A stretch of DNA of 32,000 bases from Edaphobacter aggregans (GCF_003945235.1 NZ_RSDW01000001.1:1110001-1142000); one strand, 5' to 3'; positions 15,471-25,450 are shown, numbered from the stretch's first letter. Notes: a model not told the origin generated them from the sequence alone. Made by a program: numbers and translations.

Positions 15471-16340
15471 ATGCGCAGCATGAACTATTCCATGACTCGC
15501 CGTAACCTGCTGCGTGGGGGCACGATGCTAACTGCCTCCGCATTCCTTTCGTCGACAACGAGCGCGCTGGCCTACGATAACCACTCGACTAATTCTTCGC
15601 CGATACGGCTTGGCATCGCCAGCTATACGTTCCGGAACTTCGACGCAGATCACTTGATTGGGTTCATGAAGGAACTGAATACTCCGTATCTCAACCTGAA
15701 AGATGTGCATCTGCCGATGACACCTGCTGATCAGGTTGCCCCGCGCGCTGCGAAGTTCAGAGATGCGGGCTTTAAGCTGACTGCGGCTGGGACGATCACT
15801 TTTGCGAAGGATGAAGATGACGACATTCGGATGAAGTTCGAGTATTGCAAGGCTGCGGGCATTCCTCTGATCATCGGCGCACCGACGCATCAGGTGCTTC
15901 CGCGGCTGGAAAAGTTTGTGAAGGAGTACAACATCGGAGTTGCTATCCACAATCACGGCCCCGAGGACAAGAACTTCCCTTCTCCGCTGGACGTGTTGGC
16001 CGCAGTGGAGAAGCTGGATCCGCGGATTGGCTGCTGCATCGATGTAGGGCACACCATGCGCGCTGGCACTGACCCGGTTGCAGCGATCCGCAAGGCTGGG
16101 CCGCGTGTTCTCGACATTCACATGAAAGATCTGGCCGACGGAACCAAGAAGGAGAGTCAGGTCGCCGTGGGTGATGGAGTGATGCCGGTGCCAGCTATCT
16201 TTAAGGCTCTGATCGACATTCACTACGCGGGCAACGTGGACCTGGAGTACGAGATCTTCCCCGACAATCCCATGCCGGGCGTGATCAAGAGCTTTGCGTT
16301 TATGCGCGGCGTGCTTGCTGGGATGGGCTATAAAGGCTAG
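15471..16340 (+). CDS. Tat-exported xylose-isomerase-like TIM-barrel protein (second copy, not a close paralog of 10759-11730)
   Basis: GGAGG (15458-15462) lies 8 nt before ATG 15471. The twin-arginine signal is MRSMNYSMTRRNLLRGGTMLTASAFLSS. Family-typical features include IRLGIASYTF, VAIHNHG, IDVGH and DLEYE. Confidence 0.85.
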   Translation: MRSMNYSMTRRNLLRGGTMLTASAFLSSTTSALAYDNHSTNSSPIRLGIASYTFRNFDADHLIGFMKELNTPYLNLKDVHLPMTPADQVAPRAAKFRDAGFKLTAAGTITFAKDEDDDIRMKFEYCKAAGIPLIIGAPTHQVLPRLEKFVKEYNIGVAIHNHGPEDKNFPSPLDVLAAVEKLDPRIGCCIDVGHTMRAGTDPVAAIRKAGPRVLDIHMKDLADGTKKESQVAVGDGVMPVPAIFKALIDIHYAGNVDLEYEIFPDNPMPGVIKSFAFMRGVLAGMGYKG

Positions 16341-16346
16341 CCAGCC

Positions 16347-18764
16347 CTACTTGCCCACAACCTCGATGATCTCAGAGTCGGGCTTCGTCCATGCTTTGGC
16401 TCCCGTCGAAGTAAACTTGCTTGACGCATCGGCCCAGTGCAGGTGCGTCAGCTCTGACTTTCCTTGTTCGTAGTCGTAGGTCTTGCCGTCATCCCGATAG
16501 AGAAGGAAGTCGGCGTCGGCTCCGGGATAGATGCGGAGACGGGCAATATTTTGTTGTTCGTTTGTACTTTCTACCGGCTCGCCAAGAGGCAGGATGGAGC
16601 CGGCGCGCACGAACAGCGGAATGGTATCGATGGGGGCGTTGGCTACGATGGTCTGGCCGCCCTTCAAGCGTTCGTTTGTCCAGTAGTTGTACCAATCGGA
16701 ACCGGCGGGGAGATAGACGGAGCGCGTGGTGGCTCCCTGTTCGGTGACGGGGGCTACAAGCAGCGCGGGGCCAAACATGTACTCGTCGCCGAGGTTGATG
16801 ACGTTGGGATCGTGGGGGAAGTCCATGAAGAGGCCACGCATGAAGGGTGCTCCTGTCTGGTGAGCGCTGTAGCCTAACGAGTAAATGTAAGGCATCAGTT
16901 GATAGCGGAGCCGTAGGTACTTTTCGAGGATGGGCTCGGCCTGCTTGCCGTAGGACCAGACCTCGTTGTGATTGCGGCTGCCGTGGCTACGGAAGTTCGG
17001 CTGGAATGCACCGTACTGGAACCAACGCACATAGAGTTCAGGATAGTCGTCGTAGTGGCCTACGTTGTCGCGAGCGTCGGAAGGATCGAGCAATGGAGGA
17101 TGGTCGGGCGTGTGCGAGGAAGGCAGATACTGCCAGCCGCCGATATCGGTGCTCCAATAGGGCATGCCTGAGGCGGTGAAGTTAATGCCGGTTGGCACCT
17201 GCCGCCTCAGTGTGTCCCAGTTGGGAGAGATATCCGACGACCAGAAGATGGCTCCATTGTGTTGCGCTCCGATGTAGGAATCGCGGGCGAGGATGAGCGC
17301 ACGTGTCTTGAGGTCGCGTCGAAAACCGTTGTAGAACGCGGCAGTGTGAAATAGCGGGTAGACATTGAAATATTGCGTGCCCGGACCGATATGGAAGAAG
17401 CTTCCGTTTGGCGGCAGGTCTGGCTCTGTCTCATCGGCCCAGAACGAGTCGAAGCCTTTGGTGACATAGCTGTCGCGAACCGTGTTCCAATACCATGCAG
17501 CCGCATCGGGGTTGGTGGTGTCGATATCTGATCCCGCGCGATCATAGGGCAGGCCGTTGGTCGGCGTACCGTCGGCGCGATGGATAAACCAGCCGTTCTT
17601 CTGAATCATGTCGTAGTAACGCGACTCGGGGACGAAGCGCGGCCAGACACTGATCATGCTGTGGAAGTTCATCGCGTGTAACTGCTGGTTCATCGCGGTG
17701 GGGTCGGGCCACTTCGCAGGGTCCATGTCCATCTGGCCCATCTTTGTGTAGTAGAACCAGTCGACGACAATGACGTCTGCCGGGAGGTGACGATCGCGAT
17801 AGCCCTTCGCTACATCGAGCACCTCTTGTTGTGAGGTGTATCGCTGCTTGCATTGGATGTAGCCATAGGCAGATTTGGGTAGCATGGGGGTATCGCCGGT
17901 CAGAAGACGATAGCCGGAGTAGATCTCGTTGTAGGTGTTGCCCGCGATGACGAAGAACGAGACGCGCTGGCCAACCTCGGAGGTCCAACGTGTCTGGTCG
18001 TTGAAGCCGAACGCGACGTTGGTCTTCGATGGATTGTCCCACAGCAGACCGTAGCCGTAGTTCGTTACGACGAAGGGGACACAGACGCTTTGGCCTGCCG
18101 GAGCGTTGTAGTCGTGGGCGCACTCGAGTGCGTGCCCACGACGATCTAAAAAGCCTTCCTGGTTTTGGCCGAGGCCGTAGTAATGCTCGTCGGACGGTGA
18201 ATGAAATGTTGCGCCAATCTGGTAGAAGGGCGGGTCAGTGGGGCGACGGTCATAGAGAACACCGGCGTTGCCGTCCTTATAGTTGGGGACCGACATCTGC
18301 CATCCCTGCATATCTAAAAGGGTTTTGCCATCGGGGGTTTTGAAAGAGATACCTACTCCCGGGGTTGAACCGTTGAAGAATTTTGCGATATCAGCCGCCG
18401 TTCCGGTGGGCGTCCAGTGGCCACCGGGGCGTACCGTGACCACCATGCGCGAAGACTTGAAGACGTCTCCCGTCTGGTCATGCGTCTGACTCCAGTCGCT
18501 GGAGGCTGCATGCGCTACGATACCGTAGCCCGGGCCTGCAACGGCATCGTCTTTTCGCAGGCTAAGCGTGACACGCATGATGTTGGGAGCGTATGGCTCA
18601 AGCACCACCGTCGCATCGTCACGGGTGAGGAGCAGCTTCTCTTGAGCTTGCGTCGTTGCTGTTGCGAGCGATGCAATCGCAAGTATCCAGAAGACCGCTT
18701 TCGACGTTGTGAAACTGTTTGCTCTCTTGCGATTGCTCTGGGTGTCGCTCCGCGAAAGCTGCAT
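16347..18764 (-). CDS. Secreted glycoside hydrolase family 31 (alpha-glucosidase/alpha-xylosidase type), 805 aa
   Basis: The ATG at 18764 was verified, and the signal peptide is ..AVFWILAIASLATATTQAQE. GH31-like motifs are FWADETEPD (nucleophile-Asp context, compare WiDMNEp), IFWSSDISPNW, GMPYWSTDIGGW and RWFQYGAFQPNFRSHG. Confidence 0.88.
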   Translation of the reverse strand: MQLSRSDTQSNRKRANSFTTSKAVFWILAIASLATATTQAQEKLLLTRDDATVVLEPYAPNIMRVTLSLRKDDAVAGPGYGIVAHAASSDWSQTHDQTGDVFKSSRMVVTVRPGGHWTPTGTAADIAKFFNGSTPGVGISFKTPDGKTLLDMQGWQMSVPNYKDGNAGVLYDRRPTDPPFYQIGATFHSPSDEHYYGLGQNQEGFLDRRGHALECAHDYNAPAGQSVCVPFVVTNYGYGLLWDNPSKTNVAFGFNDQTRWTSEVGQRVSFFVIAGNTYNEIYSGYRLLTGDTPMLPKSAYGYIQCKQRYTSQQEVLDVAKGYRDRHLPADVIVVDWFYYTKMGQMDMDPAKWPDPTAMNQQLHAMNFHSMISVWPRFVPESRYYDMIQKNGWFIHRADGTPTNGLPYDRAGSDIDTTNPDAAAWYWNTVRDSYVTKGFDSFWADETEPDLPPNGSFFHIGPGTQYFNVYPLFHTAAFYNGFRRDLKTRALILARDSYIGAQHNGAIFWSSDISPNWDTLRRQVPTGINFTASGMPYWSTDIGGWQYLPSSHTPDHPPLLDPSDARDNVGHYDDYPELYVRWFQYGAFQPNFRSHGSRNHNEVWSYGKQAEPILEKYLRLRYQLMPYIYSLGYSAHQTGAPFMRGLFMDFPHDPNVINLGDEYMFGPALLVAPVTEQGATTRSVYLPAGSDWYNYWTNERLKGGQTIVANAPIDTIPLFVRAGSILPLGEPVESTNEQQNIARLRIYPGADADFLLYRDDGKTYDYEQGKSELTHLHWADASSKFTSTGAKAWTKPDSEIIEVVGK

Positions 18765-18918
18765 CTTGATCTGGACCTTTCACATCGATTGTTTGTTAAA
18801 CACAAAGTAGCTTATGTCTCTGATCGAGACAGCCAAGTGGATCAGCACCTGGTGCTTTGATAAGGATAAGCAAGACTTCAAACCTTTTAGTTGAATGAGA
18901 ACACGTTGTCAAAGACAG

Positions 18919-21267
18919 CTAAAGCCTGGCGGTTCGGAGCCTCAGAGAGTTGGCGATGACGGAGACCGAACTGAAGCTCATGGCCGCCGCTGCAATCATC
19001 GGACTCAAAAGCAGACCGAAAGCCGGATACAAGACTCCTGCCGCGATAGGTACTCCGGCTGCGTTGTAGACGAAGGCGAAGAAGAGGTTTTGCCGGATGT
19101 TCTTCATGGTCCGCTGGCTTAGCCGCCTGGCTCGTACGATTCCGCGTAGATCCCCCTTGACGAGAGTGATTCCTCCAGCCGCTATCGCTACGTCGGTGCC
19201 TGTGCCCATCGCGATACCGACGTTCGCCTGAGCCAGGGCGGGCGCGTCGTTGACGCCGTCTCCGGCCATGGCGACGACTTTGCCCTGTGCCCGGAGCTTC
19301 TTGATCACGTCACCCTTTTGACTGGGCGATACGTCGGATTCAAAGTCGACGCCGAGCTTGCCCGCAACCGCAGCAGCGGTGGTGTGATTGTCGCCCGTCA
19401 CCATAACCACGCGGATGCCTTCGCTCTTCAACTGTTGAATGGCCTCGAACGAGGAGGCTTTGATGGGATCCGCCACTGCGATGAGCCCCGCGCAGTGGCC
19501 GTCGCTGGCAATGAATACAACGGTGTGGCCATCCTTACGGAGGGATTCAGCCTCATCGTGCAATCCGTCGCAGGTTGCTCCGATCTCCTGCATCAGGGCA
19601 GCGTTCCCGACTCCAATCCGCCTGCCCTGAACGAGACCGCGTATGCCTTTGCCGGTGCTCGACTGAAAATCGCTGGCTGGGGTGAGTTCCATTCCCTTCT
19701 CTTTGGCCGCAGCTATCAAAGCAGAGGCGAGCGGATGTTCACTTGAGTTTTCGAGGCTCGCAGCGGATTGAAGGATGTTTGTCTGATCGAAGCCTTGAGC
19801 TGCAATGACCGCTGTGAGGCGAGGTTTGCCTTCAGTGAGAGTGCCGGTCTTGTCGAGAACAAGCGTGTCTACCTTTTCGAAGACCTCGAGCGCCTCAGCG
19901 TTACGAATGAGGATTCCTTCGTGCGCTCCGCGACCCGTGCCAACCATGATCGCCATCGGCGTGGCGAGTCCAAGGGCGCAGGGACAAGCGATGATGAGCA
20001 CAGCGACAGCATTGATCAAAGCATGCGCATAGGATGGTGCAGGGCCGAAGATGGACCACACGATGAAGGTGATAAGCGATGCGAGCAGAACCGCCGGAAC
20101 GAACCAGGACGCAACCTTATCAGCGACGCGCTGAATGGGAGCGCGGGTGCGCTGAGCTTCGCCAACCATCTTGATGATCTGCGCCAGCAAAGTGTCCGCG
20201 CCAACTCGCTCAGCTTGCATGACCAGGGTTCCGGTACCGTTGATCGTTCCTCCAATGACAGGGTGGCCGGCTGATTTTTCGATAGGGACGGATTCGCCCG
20301 TCACCATGGATTCGTCGACGGAACTGCGGCCTTCGATCACTGAGCCGTCGGTGGGAACCTTCTCTCCGGGGCGAATGCGGATTCGGTCGCCGACTTGAAT
20401 CTCTGACAGCGCGACATCCGCTTCGGTCCCGTTAGCAGCGATGCGGCGAGCTGTCTTCGGCGCGAGCGAGAGCAATGCTTTGATCGCGCTGCTGGTGCGA
20501 CTTCGAGCTTGCAGCTCCAACACTTGACCCAGCAGGACGAGAAGGGTGATAACCGCGGCAGCCTCAAAGTATAGGCCTAGGTCGCCTTGCTCATCGCGGA
20601 ACGACGCAGGAAAGATGCCGGGGACAACGACCGCGACAACGCTGTAGAGATACGCAGAGCCGGTGCCGATCGCGATAAGCGTGAACATGTTCAGGCTGCG
20701 ATGGACGATTGAGGACCAGCCGCGCTCGAAGAATGGCCAGCCAGCCCATAAAACGACGGGCGTTGCGAGCGCGAACTCGAGCCATCCGAGAGACCTGCCG
20801 TTGATGAAATTGTGCAAGGGGTGGGATGGCAGCAGATCAGAGAACATGATCGCGAGAAGCGGAAGCGTCAGCACAGTGCCGATCCAAAGGCGTCTGGACA
20901 TGCTGATCAGTTCGGGGTTAGCCGTATCATCATCTGTTGCGGTGAGGGGCTCGAGCGCCATGCCGCAGATGGGACAGCTTCCCGGCTTGTCGCGGATGAT
21001 CTCAGGATGCATCGGGCAGGTATATTCGATTCCCGGCGTCGGCTCAGCGACAGGAGTGGATTGTTGCGTGTGCTGCTGAGTGCCATCGTACTTCTCAGGG
21101 TTGGCCTCGAACTTCTTCAGACATGATTGGCCGCAGAAATACCAGGTCTTACCGCTATGTTCGACTGACCACTTCGCGGTCTCGACAGGAACCTTCATGC
21201 CACAGACTGGATCGACGGAAAGAGTTGCCGTAGCGGGGACTACTGCGTGGTTGTGATGAGTATCCAT
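18919..21267 (-). CDS. copA: Copper(I)-translocating P1B-type ATPase
   Basis: Motifs present are CPC (Cys428-Pro-Cys430, 19978-19986), [17 protein letters not shown] and TGES. The N terminus has [26 protein letters not shown] (YHS/TRASH-type) and [19 protein letters not shown], in place of a classical GMTCxxC HMA domain. Confidence 0.93.
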   Translation of the reverse strand: MDTHHNHAVVPATATLSVDPVCGMKVPVETAKWSVEHSGKTWYFCGQSCLKKFEANPEKYDGTQQHTQQSTPVAEPTPGIEYTCPMHPEIIRDKPGSCPICGMALEPLTATDDDTANPELISMSRRLWIGTVLTLPLLAIMFSDLLPSHPLHNFINGRSLGWLEFALATPVVLWAGWPFFERGWSSIVHRSLNMFTLIAIGTGSAYLYSVVAVVVPGIFPASFRDEQGDLGLYFEAAAVITLLVLLGQVLELQARSRTSSAIKALLSLAPKTARRIAANGTEADVALSEIQVGDRIRIRPGEKVPTDGSVIEGRSSVDESMVTGESVPIEKSAGHPVIGGTINGTGTLVMQAERVGADTLLAQIIKMVGEAQRTRAPIQRVADKVASWFVPAVLLASLITFIVWSIFGPAPSYAHALINAVAVLIIACPCALGLATPMAIMVGTGRGAHEGILIRNAEALEVFEKVDTLVLDKTGTLTEGKPRLTAVIAAQGFDQTNILQSAASLENSSEHPLASALIAAAKEKGMELTPASDFQSSTGKGIRGLVQGRRIGVGNAALMQEIGATCDGLHDEAESLRKDGHTVVFIASDGHCAGLIAVADPIKASSFEAIQQLKSEGIRVVMVTGDNHTTAAAVAGKLGVDFESDVSPSQKGDVIKKLRAQGKVVAMAGDGVNDAPALAQANVGIAMGTGTDVAIAAGGITLVKGDLRGIVRARRLSQRTMKNIRQNLFFAFVYNAAGVPIAAGVLYPAFGLLLSPMIAAAAMSFSSVSVIANSLRLRTARL

Positions 21268-21327
21268 GGCTTCGGTTCGATGATAGCTACTTCACAAGCC
21301 ATTTGCGGCTGCCAGGGAATATAGCGC

Positions 21328-22062
21328 TCAATACTTGGGCGGCGGAGTAACCGGATAATCGTCGCCGAATTTGTTCTTATGATTTTCGATTGTGCTGGGT
21401 GTGCGATTGAAGACGATTTCACCCAGATGAACTGCGTCGGTAGATACCTGTACAGTTCGCTCAACATCGGCAGGATTTGCAGGCTGTGCATCTTCGCTCC
21501 AAGCATTGAGACGATAGGTGCCCGGAGGAACATTGTGGATGATGACTAAGCCGCTGGCAGTTGAGATGCCGTAGTACGGCGTGCTGAGCGAGAGCACAAT
21601 GGCTCCCATCTCTGGATGAATGTTGCAGAAGATGTAAGACACTCCTTCACGGTCGAAACGTACGGAACGGCTGGTGCCGGATTCGTAGAGACCGAGATCG
21701 AACCGCTTGCCGTTGAAGAGCGAGAAGACGTTGTGAAAGAAGGGGTCCTCATTCGGAAATTCAACGCTGGCGCCGGTAGGAACGATCAGCAGATGCGGAG
21801 AGAACTGCTTGTTTTTTTGGACGAGCCGGTAGGTTGTCTGATGCGTGGGTGCCGGCCTTGCCTCAGTTGACTGCAGCGGAGTGAGCCACACGACAACCTT
21901 TCCCACGCTCGCAGGTTCCTTGTGTTTCGTCTCGACGGACTTGTCTGGCGGGTGCAGGATGATCTTCGCAGAGACATCGACTCCCTGAGCCTGGAGCGGC
22001 AGACTTGCTCCGGGTAGAGAGATGACGCCGATGAAGATCAGCCAGCAGAGCGCACGATGCAC
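21328..22062 (-). CDS. Periplasmic cupredoxin-like protein with amicyanin-type type-1 copper ligand set, plus C-terminal beta-sandwich
   Basis: The GTG start at 22062 is preceded by AGGAGG at 7-nt spacing, overlapping the upstream stop. The signal peptide is MHRALCWLIFIGVISLPGASLPLQAQG. The candidate ligands are His110 (FPNEDPFFHNVFS) and Cys146-x2-His149-x2-Met152 (FCNIHPEM, 21607-21627). The C-terminal GLVIIHNVPPGTYRLNAW resembles a carboxypeptidase-regulatory-like fold. Confidence 0.75.
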   Translation of the reverse strand: MHRALCWLIFIGVISLPGASLPLQAQGVDVSAKIILHPPDKSVETKHKEPASVGKVVVWLTPLQSTEARPAPTHQTTYRLVQKNKQFSPHLLIVPTGASVEFPNEDPFFHNVFSLFNGKRFDLGLYESGTSRSVRFDREGVSYIFCNIHPEMGAIVLSLSTPYYGISTASGLVIIHNVPPGTYRLNAWSEDAQPANPADVERTVQVSTDAVHLGEIVFNRTPSTIENHKNKFGDDYPVTPPPKY

Positions 22063-22073
22063 GATAGTTCCTC

Positions 22074-23600
22074 CTAAAATTGATATCCCATGGAAAGAGT
22101 GAATACGTCAGCGGTATTGCCCTGTCCGTAGATTGGCCACGTCCATATTCTGCGGTACTCGGGCGAAAAGATGAGATAAGTTTTTGGTCGGTAGATAAGA
22201 TTGCCAACGATCATGCGGTTGCGCGCCCGGAGTTGCAGGGACGTGGCAGTCGAGGGAAGGATGATGGAGTGGAAGTCGTCTGCAAAACCGTTATCCTGGC
22301 CGGTCGCCGCGTTGGCTTCAAACGATTGGGTGAAGTGCGATTTGAACTGAGCCCAGCCGCCGATAGCGTTCAGCCCGACGAAGGCTGGCGCACCCGTTAC
22401 GGGATTGGTGCCATATAGAACGTCCTTGTAAACCCCGCCACCAAGGCCACCCAACGACCGGCCGCGATACCCTTCTCCGCTGAACTCAAAGCGCGCGCCG
22501 AGAGGCACTCTCCAATCGACTGTAGCGGCCCAGGAGTCGTTGTTGTTATAGGGATAGTGCTGGCGGCTGTAGTATCCACCTAAACCAACCTGCAGACCTC
22601 GGTCCACAGAAGATGTTCCGTAGGACACGCGAGTCTCGTAAGCAGGTTGCCGGGACTGCTCGCTTGGACTGGGAGAGCGTAAGACATCGCTGGTGTTGTA
22701 GCCGGACGAGGGTGTATCCCACAGCCCGAACTCGAACTGAACGTGTTTGTCCTCCTGCAGAGGAAATTGATGCGCGTATCGCAACTGCGGCGCCCACGTC
22801 CATAGATTGCCAGCCCATGCCATGCCTGGCTCTGCAACAGTGGCATAGGACGTTGGCGACAATGGCGAGATGAGCGGGCCCACCAACCCGGCCTGCACTG
22901 AGTCTTTGGGCCAATCGAGGTTAATGCTTGCTGTTCGCATGCGTACGATACCAGCGCTGGTGCCAAAGTTGGCATAAGCCAAGCCGGCGAAGAAGTCCAT
23001 ATTCACATTAGCGGAAGTGCGAGCGCCTGCGATTCGAGGCCCGCTTCCCTCGATGCCGAGAATGGTCTGGCGTAGGCCTGCGCCCAGGCTGCCACCACTT
23101 GCTCCGTCAGGTTGGCTAATCGCGATCGCAGGAAGATCGATATTGTCTACATTGCCTCTGTTAGCAAAGGCATTGAACAAAACAAGACCGCTGAGATGTA
23201 TGGGATACTTCGAGTCGCTCTCGACCTTGGTTTGATCGTGGAGTTTAACCTGCGCCTCCAAGGTATCCTGCCGCTCCTGTACATCAGTGACAGATGTCTT
23301 GAGTGCCGCCAGCGGGTCCGCAATGCTGCTGCTGGAGTTAGGAGGCACGGTCTGGGCCGATGGCAACTGTTGCTTGATTTCAGCGAGTTCCTGCTGCAGT
23401 TCGTGAATCTGTTGCAGGGATTGGTCCACTTGCTGGCGTGCGGCCACGAGCGCAGACGAGATGGTTTCGAGCCGCCGCTCCAACTGCACGGTACGTGCAT
23501 CGGCAGAGATGACGGGTTGGGAAGTCGTCTGCGCGTTCAGAAAAATCGATGTTAAGGCGAGTAACAGACAAGCGGGTGGTTTGGACACAGAGGGTCTCAT
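22074..23600 (-). CDS. Outer-membrane beta-barrel (porin-like) protein with N-terminal coiled-coil head, 508 aa
   Basis: The ATG at 23600 lies 9 nt after the kinase stop, with GAGG upstream. The signal peptide is ..CLLLALTSIFLNAQT. About 100 residues of heptad-like sequence follow (LERRLETISSALVAARQQVDQSLQQIHELQQELAEIKQQL; VTDVQERQDTLEAQVKL). The rest is Gly/Tyr/aromatic-rich alternating sequence ending ..TLSMGYQF, with a terminal Phe. Confidence 0.7.
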   Translation of the reverse strand: MRPSVSKPPACLLLALTSIFLNAQTTSQPVISADARTVQLERRLETISSALVAARQQVDQSLQQIHELQQELAEIKQQLPSAQTVPPNSSSSIADPLAALKTSVTDVQERQDTLEAQVKLHDQTKVESDSKYPIHLSGLVLFNAFANRGNVDNIDLPAIAISQPDGASGGSLGAGLRQTILGIEGSGPRIAGARTSANVNMDFFAGLAYANFGTSAGIVRMRTASINLDWPKDSVQAGLVGPLISPLSPTSYATVAEPGMAWAGNLWTWAPQLRYAHQFPLQEDKHVQFEFGLWDTPSSGYNTSDVLRSPSPSEQSRQPAYETRVSYGTSSVDRGLQVGLGGYYSRQHYPYNNNDSWAATVDWRVPLGARFEFSGEGYRGRSLGGLGGGVYKDVLYGTNPVTGAPAFVGLNAIGGWAQFKSHFTQSFEANAATGQDNGFADDFHSIILPSTATSLQLRARNRMIVGNLIYRPKTYLIFSPEYRRIWTWPIYGQGNTADVFTLSMGYQF

Positions 23601-23609
23601 CGTTCAGCC

Positions 23610-25421
23610 TCATCTACGTACTGGATCGTGTGATTGCACAGTCTTCTTTTCTACGGTCTCGCCAAGCGACAGGAGGGCCGCCTTGGGGAGGATGATGGTG
23701 AAGACAGTATGTCCTTCTACATTCTCTTCCAGAGTGATACTGCCGCCATGTTCCTGAGCAATCTGCTCTGCAAGAGTAAGCCCGAGACCAATGCCACTCT
23801 CCCTCGCTTCGCTGACAAAGGGAAGAAAGAGTGTGTTGCGAATGGACTCCGGCACACCAGGGCCATTGTCAGAGATTCGAATGAGGATAGATCGTTCCTC
23901 GTCTTGAAGACTTAGCGCCACGCTTGCCGGGCCTCTTCCACGTCTTGCAGCCTGACAAGCGTTCAGCAGCAGATTATAGACGGCCCGTCCGAGCTTCTTT
24001 GAGTCGACCCAGGCTGTAAGCGGAGACAGACCATCAAGCGTGATCCTGACATCACGCGCGGCGGGATGTGTGCGGACCATGTTGACAGAACGCTGAATCA
24101 ATAAAACTAGAGACGCGTTTTCGGGATAGAGCGCACGCCCGGTTTGGGTAAAGAGAAGAAGAGAGTCGAGAAGATCGGTCATTCCCTGCACCGCGGACTG
24201 AACATCGCGCATGAGGTCATCGCGCTCGGTCTGCGGGATCGTTCCGTCACTCAGAAACTCGGCGTTCGCATACATCGCGGAGAGATGATGACGCAGGTCG
24301 TGAGAGATAGAACTGGCCATTCGTCCAATCGTCGCCAGCCGTTCAGAGTCAAGGAGCTCCTTTTGTGTGCTGCGCAGTTCCACGCGCATGCGTTCGAAGG
24401 CGCGGCTCAGCTCGCGTATCTCCGCCGTTCCACTCTCGCTGAGTTGATATGCAAAGTTGCCCTGAGCGAGAGCGCGCGTACCTCCAATGAGCGTCTTCAG
24501 AGGTTGTGTGATCGTACGTGAGATCGCTACAAGCATCCCAGCGCCTACAAGCAAGGCAAGGAGCGCCAGGGTCAGTACCCATCGATTGACGCGGCTTAGA
24601 AGATCGGTCGCCTGATCAAAGGACTTGAGAACAATGAGGTGTGGGGCTGGGGTTGCGCCTTCTGCAATGCCAAGAGTCGCCAGATTGACCGACGCAGCCA
24701 GATAATCTTTGCCGCCCAGCTGAATGGGCTTGTTTTCGGCCTGAGATAGCAGGAGATCCCCTGCCTGGGAGACGAGCTGCTGCTGAAGCTCGGCATTGAG
24801 CGTGCTGGCGACCACTCGCCCATCTACGGCAAACGTCACCTCCGCAGCTGCGGCCTCGCTCACTTCGCGCGCGACCTGCTCATCGATAGCGTAACCAACG
24901 GCGACAAAGCCTAATTGAGTGCCTTTAACGCGCTCGCCAAAGTAAAGCGCCTGAGTGGATATCTCATATAGGCGATTGTCGAGGGCTAATAAGATCGACC
25001 CTTCGGGCCTGCGCAGGCTGGCACCCAGACCCTGCTCGACCATGTACCGATCAAGAGGAGCGCCGCGGCTATAAACTGCGATCAATTTGCCATCGGGATT
25101 CAGCAACGCGAAGAAGTCGCTGCCGCTTACCTTCCAGAACTCGACCCCAGCGTCCTCGATCGTGCGGTTATCAGGCGCGGTCATCAACGCCTTCAGGCTG
25201 GGAAGGTCGGCCAGCAAGGCAGACTCACGCGCAAGCAGTTCGCGGCGCTGACGTTGGAGGTTCTGATAAGTCTTTACGGAGTGCCTGAGGTCCGAATTGA
25301 GGTTGGCACGGACCTGTTGCTGAACGATTTTCTGGATGACCAATAGGCTGACGACCGTGCATCCGAAGGACAGAAGCAGGAGAGGAATGAGCAGCGTCGT
25401 TCGCATGCGCAACCTATCCAT
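23610..25421 (-). CDS. Sensor histidine kinase (2 TM, ~270-aa periplasmic domain, HAMP, HisKA, HATPase_c)
   Basis: The ORF-track start at 25454 is TTG. The ATG at 25421 has GGAGGAG 6 nt upstream and gives MDRLRMRTTLLIPLLLLSFGCTVVSLLVI. The H-box is SSISHDLRHHLSAM. HAMP reads TQPLKTLIGGTRALAQGNFAY. The ATPase motifs are DNGPGVP and GIGLGLTLAEQI. Confidence 0.9.
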   Translation of the reverse strand: MDRLRMRTTLLIPLLLLSFGCTVVSLLVIQKIVQQQVRANLNSDLRHSVKTYQNLQRQRRELLARESALLADLPSLKALMTAPDNRTIEDAGVEFWKVSGSDFFALLNPDGKLIAVYSRGAPLDRYMVEQGLGASLRRPEGSILLALDNRLYEISTQALYFGERVKGTQLGFVAVGYAIDEQVAREVSEAAAAEVTFAVDGRVVASTLNAELQQQLVSQAGDLLLSQAENKPIQLGGKDYLAASVNLATLGIAEGATPAPHLIVLKSFDQATDLLSRVNRWVLTLALLALLVGAGMLVAISRTITQPLKTLIGGTRALAQGNFAYQLSESGTAEIRELSRAFERMRVELRSTQKELLDSERLATIGRMASSISHDLRHHLSAMYANAEFLSDGTIPQTERDDLMRDVQSAVQGMTDLLDSLLLFTQTGRALYPENASLVLLIQRSVNMVRTHPAARDVRITLDGLSPLTAWVDSKKLGRAVYNLLLNACQAARRGRGPASVALSLQDEERSILIRISDNGPGVPESIRNTLFLPFVSEARESGIGLGLTLAEQIAQEHGGSITLEENVEGHTVFTIILPKAALLSLGETVEKKTVQSHDPVRR

Positions 25422-25450
25422 AGCTGACTCCTCCGTCCAGCCGCGAAACT

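Noticed and set aside
11092-16223. ORFs antisense to real genes: the plus-strand ORFs 11092-11784, 12213-12581, 13149-13859, 13318-13755, 13863-14609 and 15006-15323, and the minus-strand ORF 15528-16223.
   Set aside because: All lie antisense to or off-frame within strongly supported genes (the TIM-barrel and TonB-dependent receptor genes), and none has a recognisable motif.
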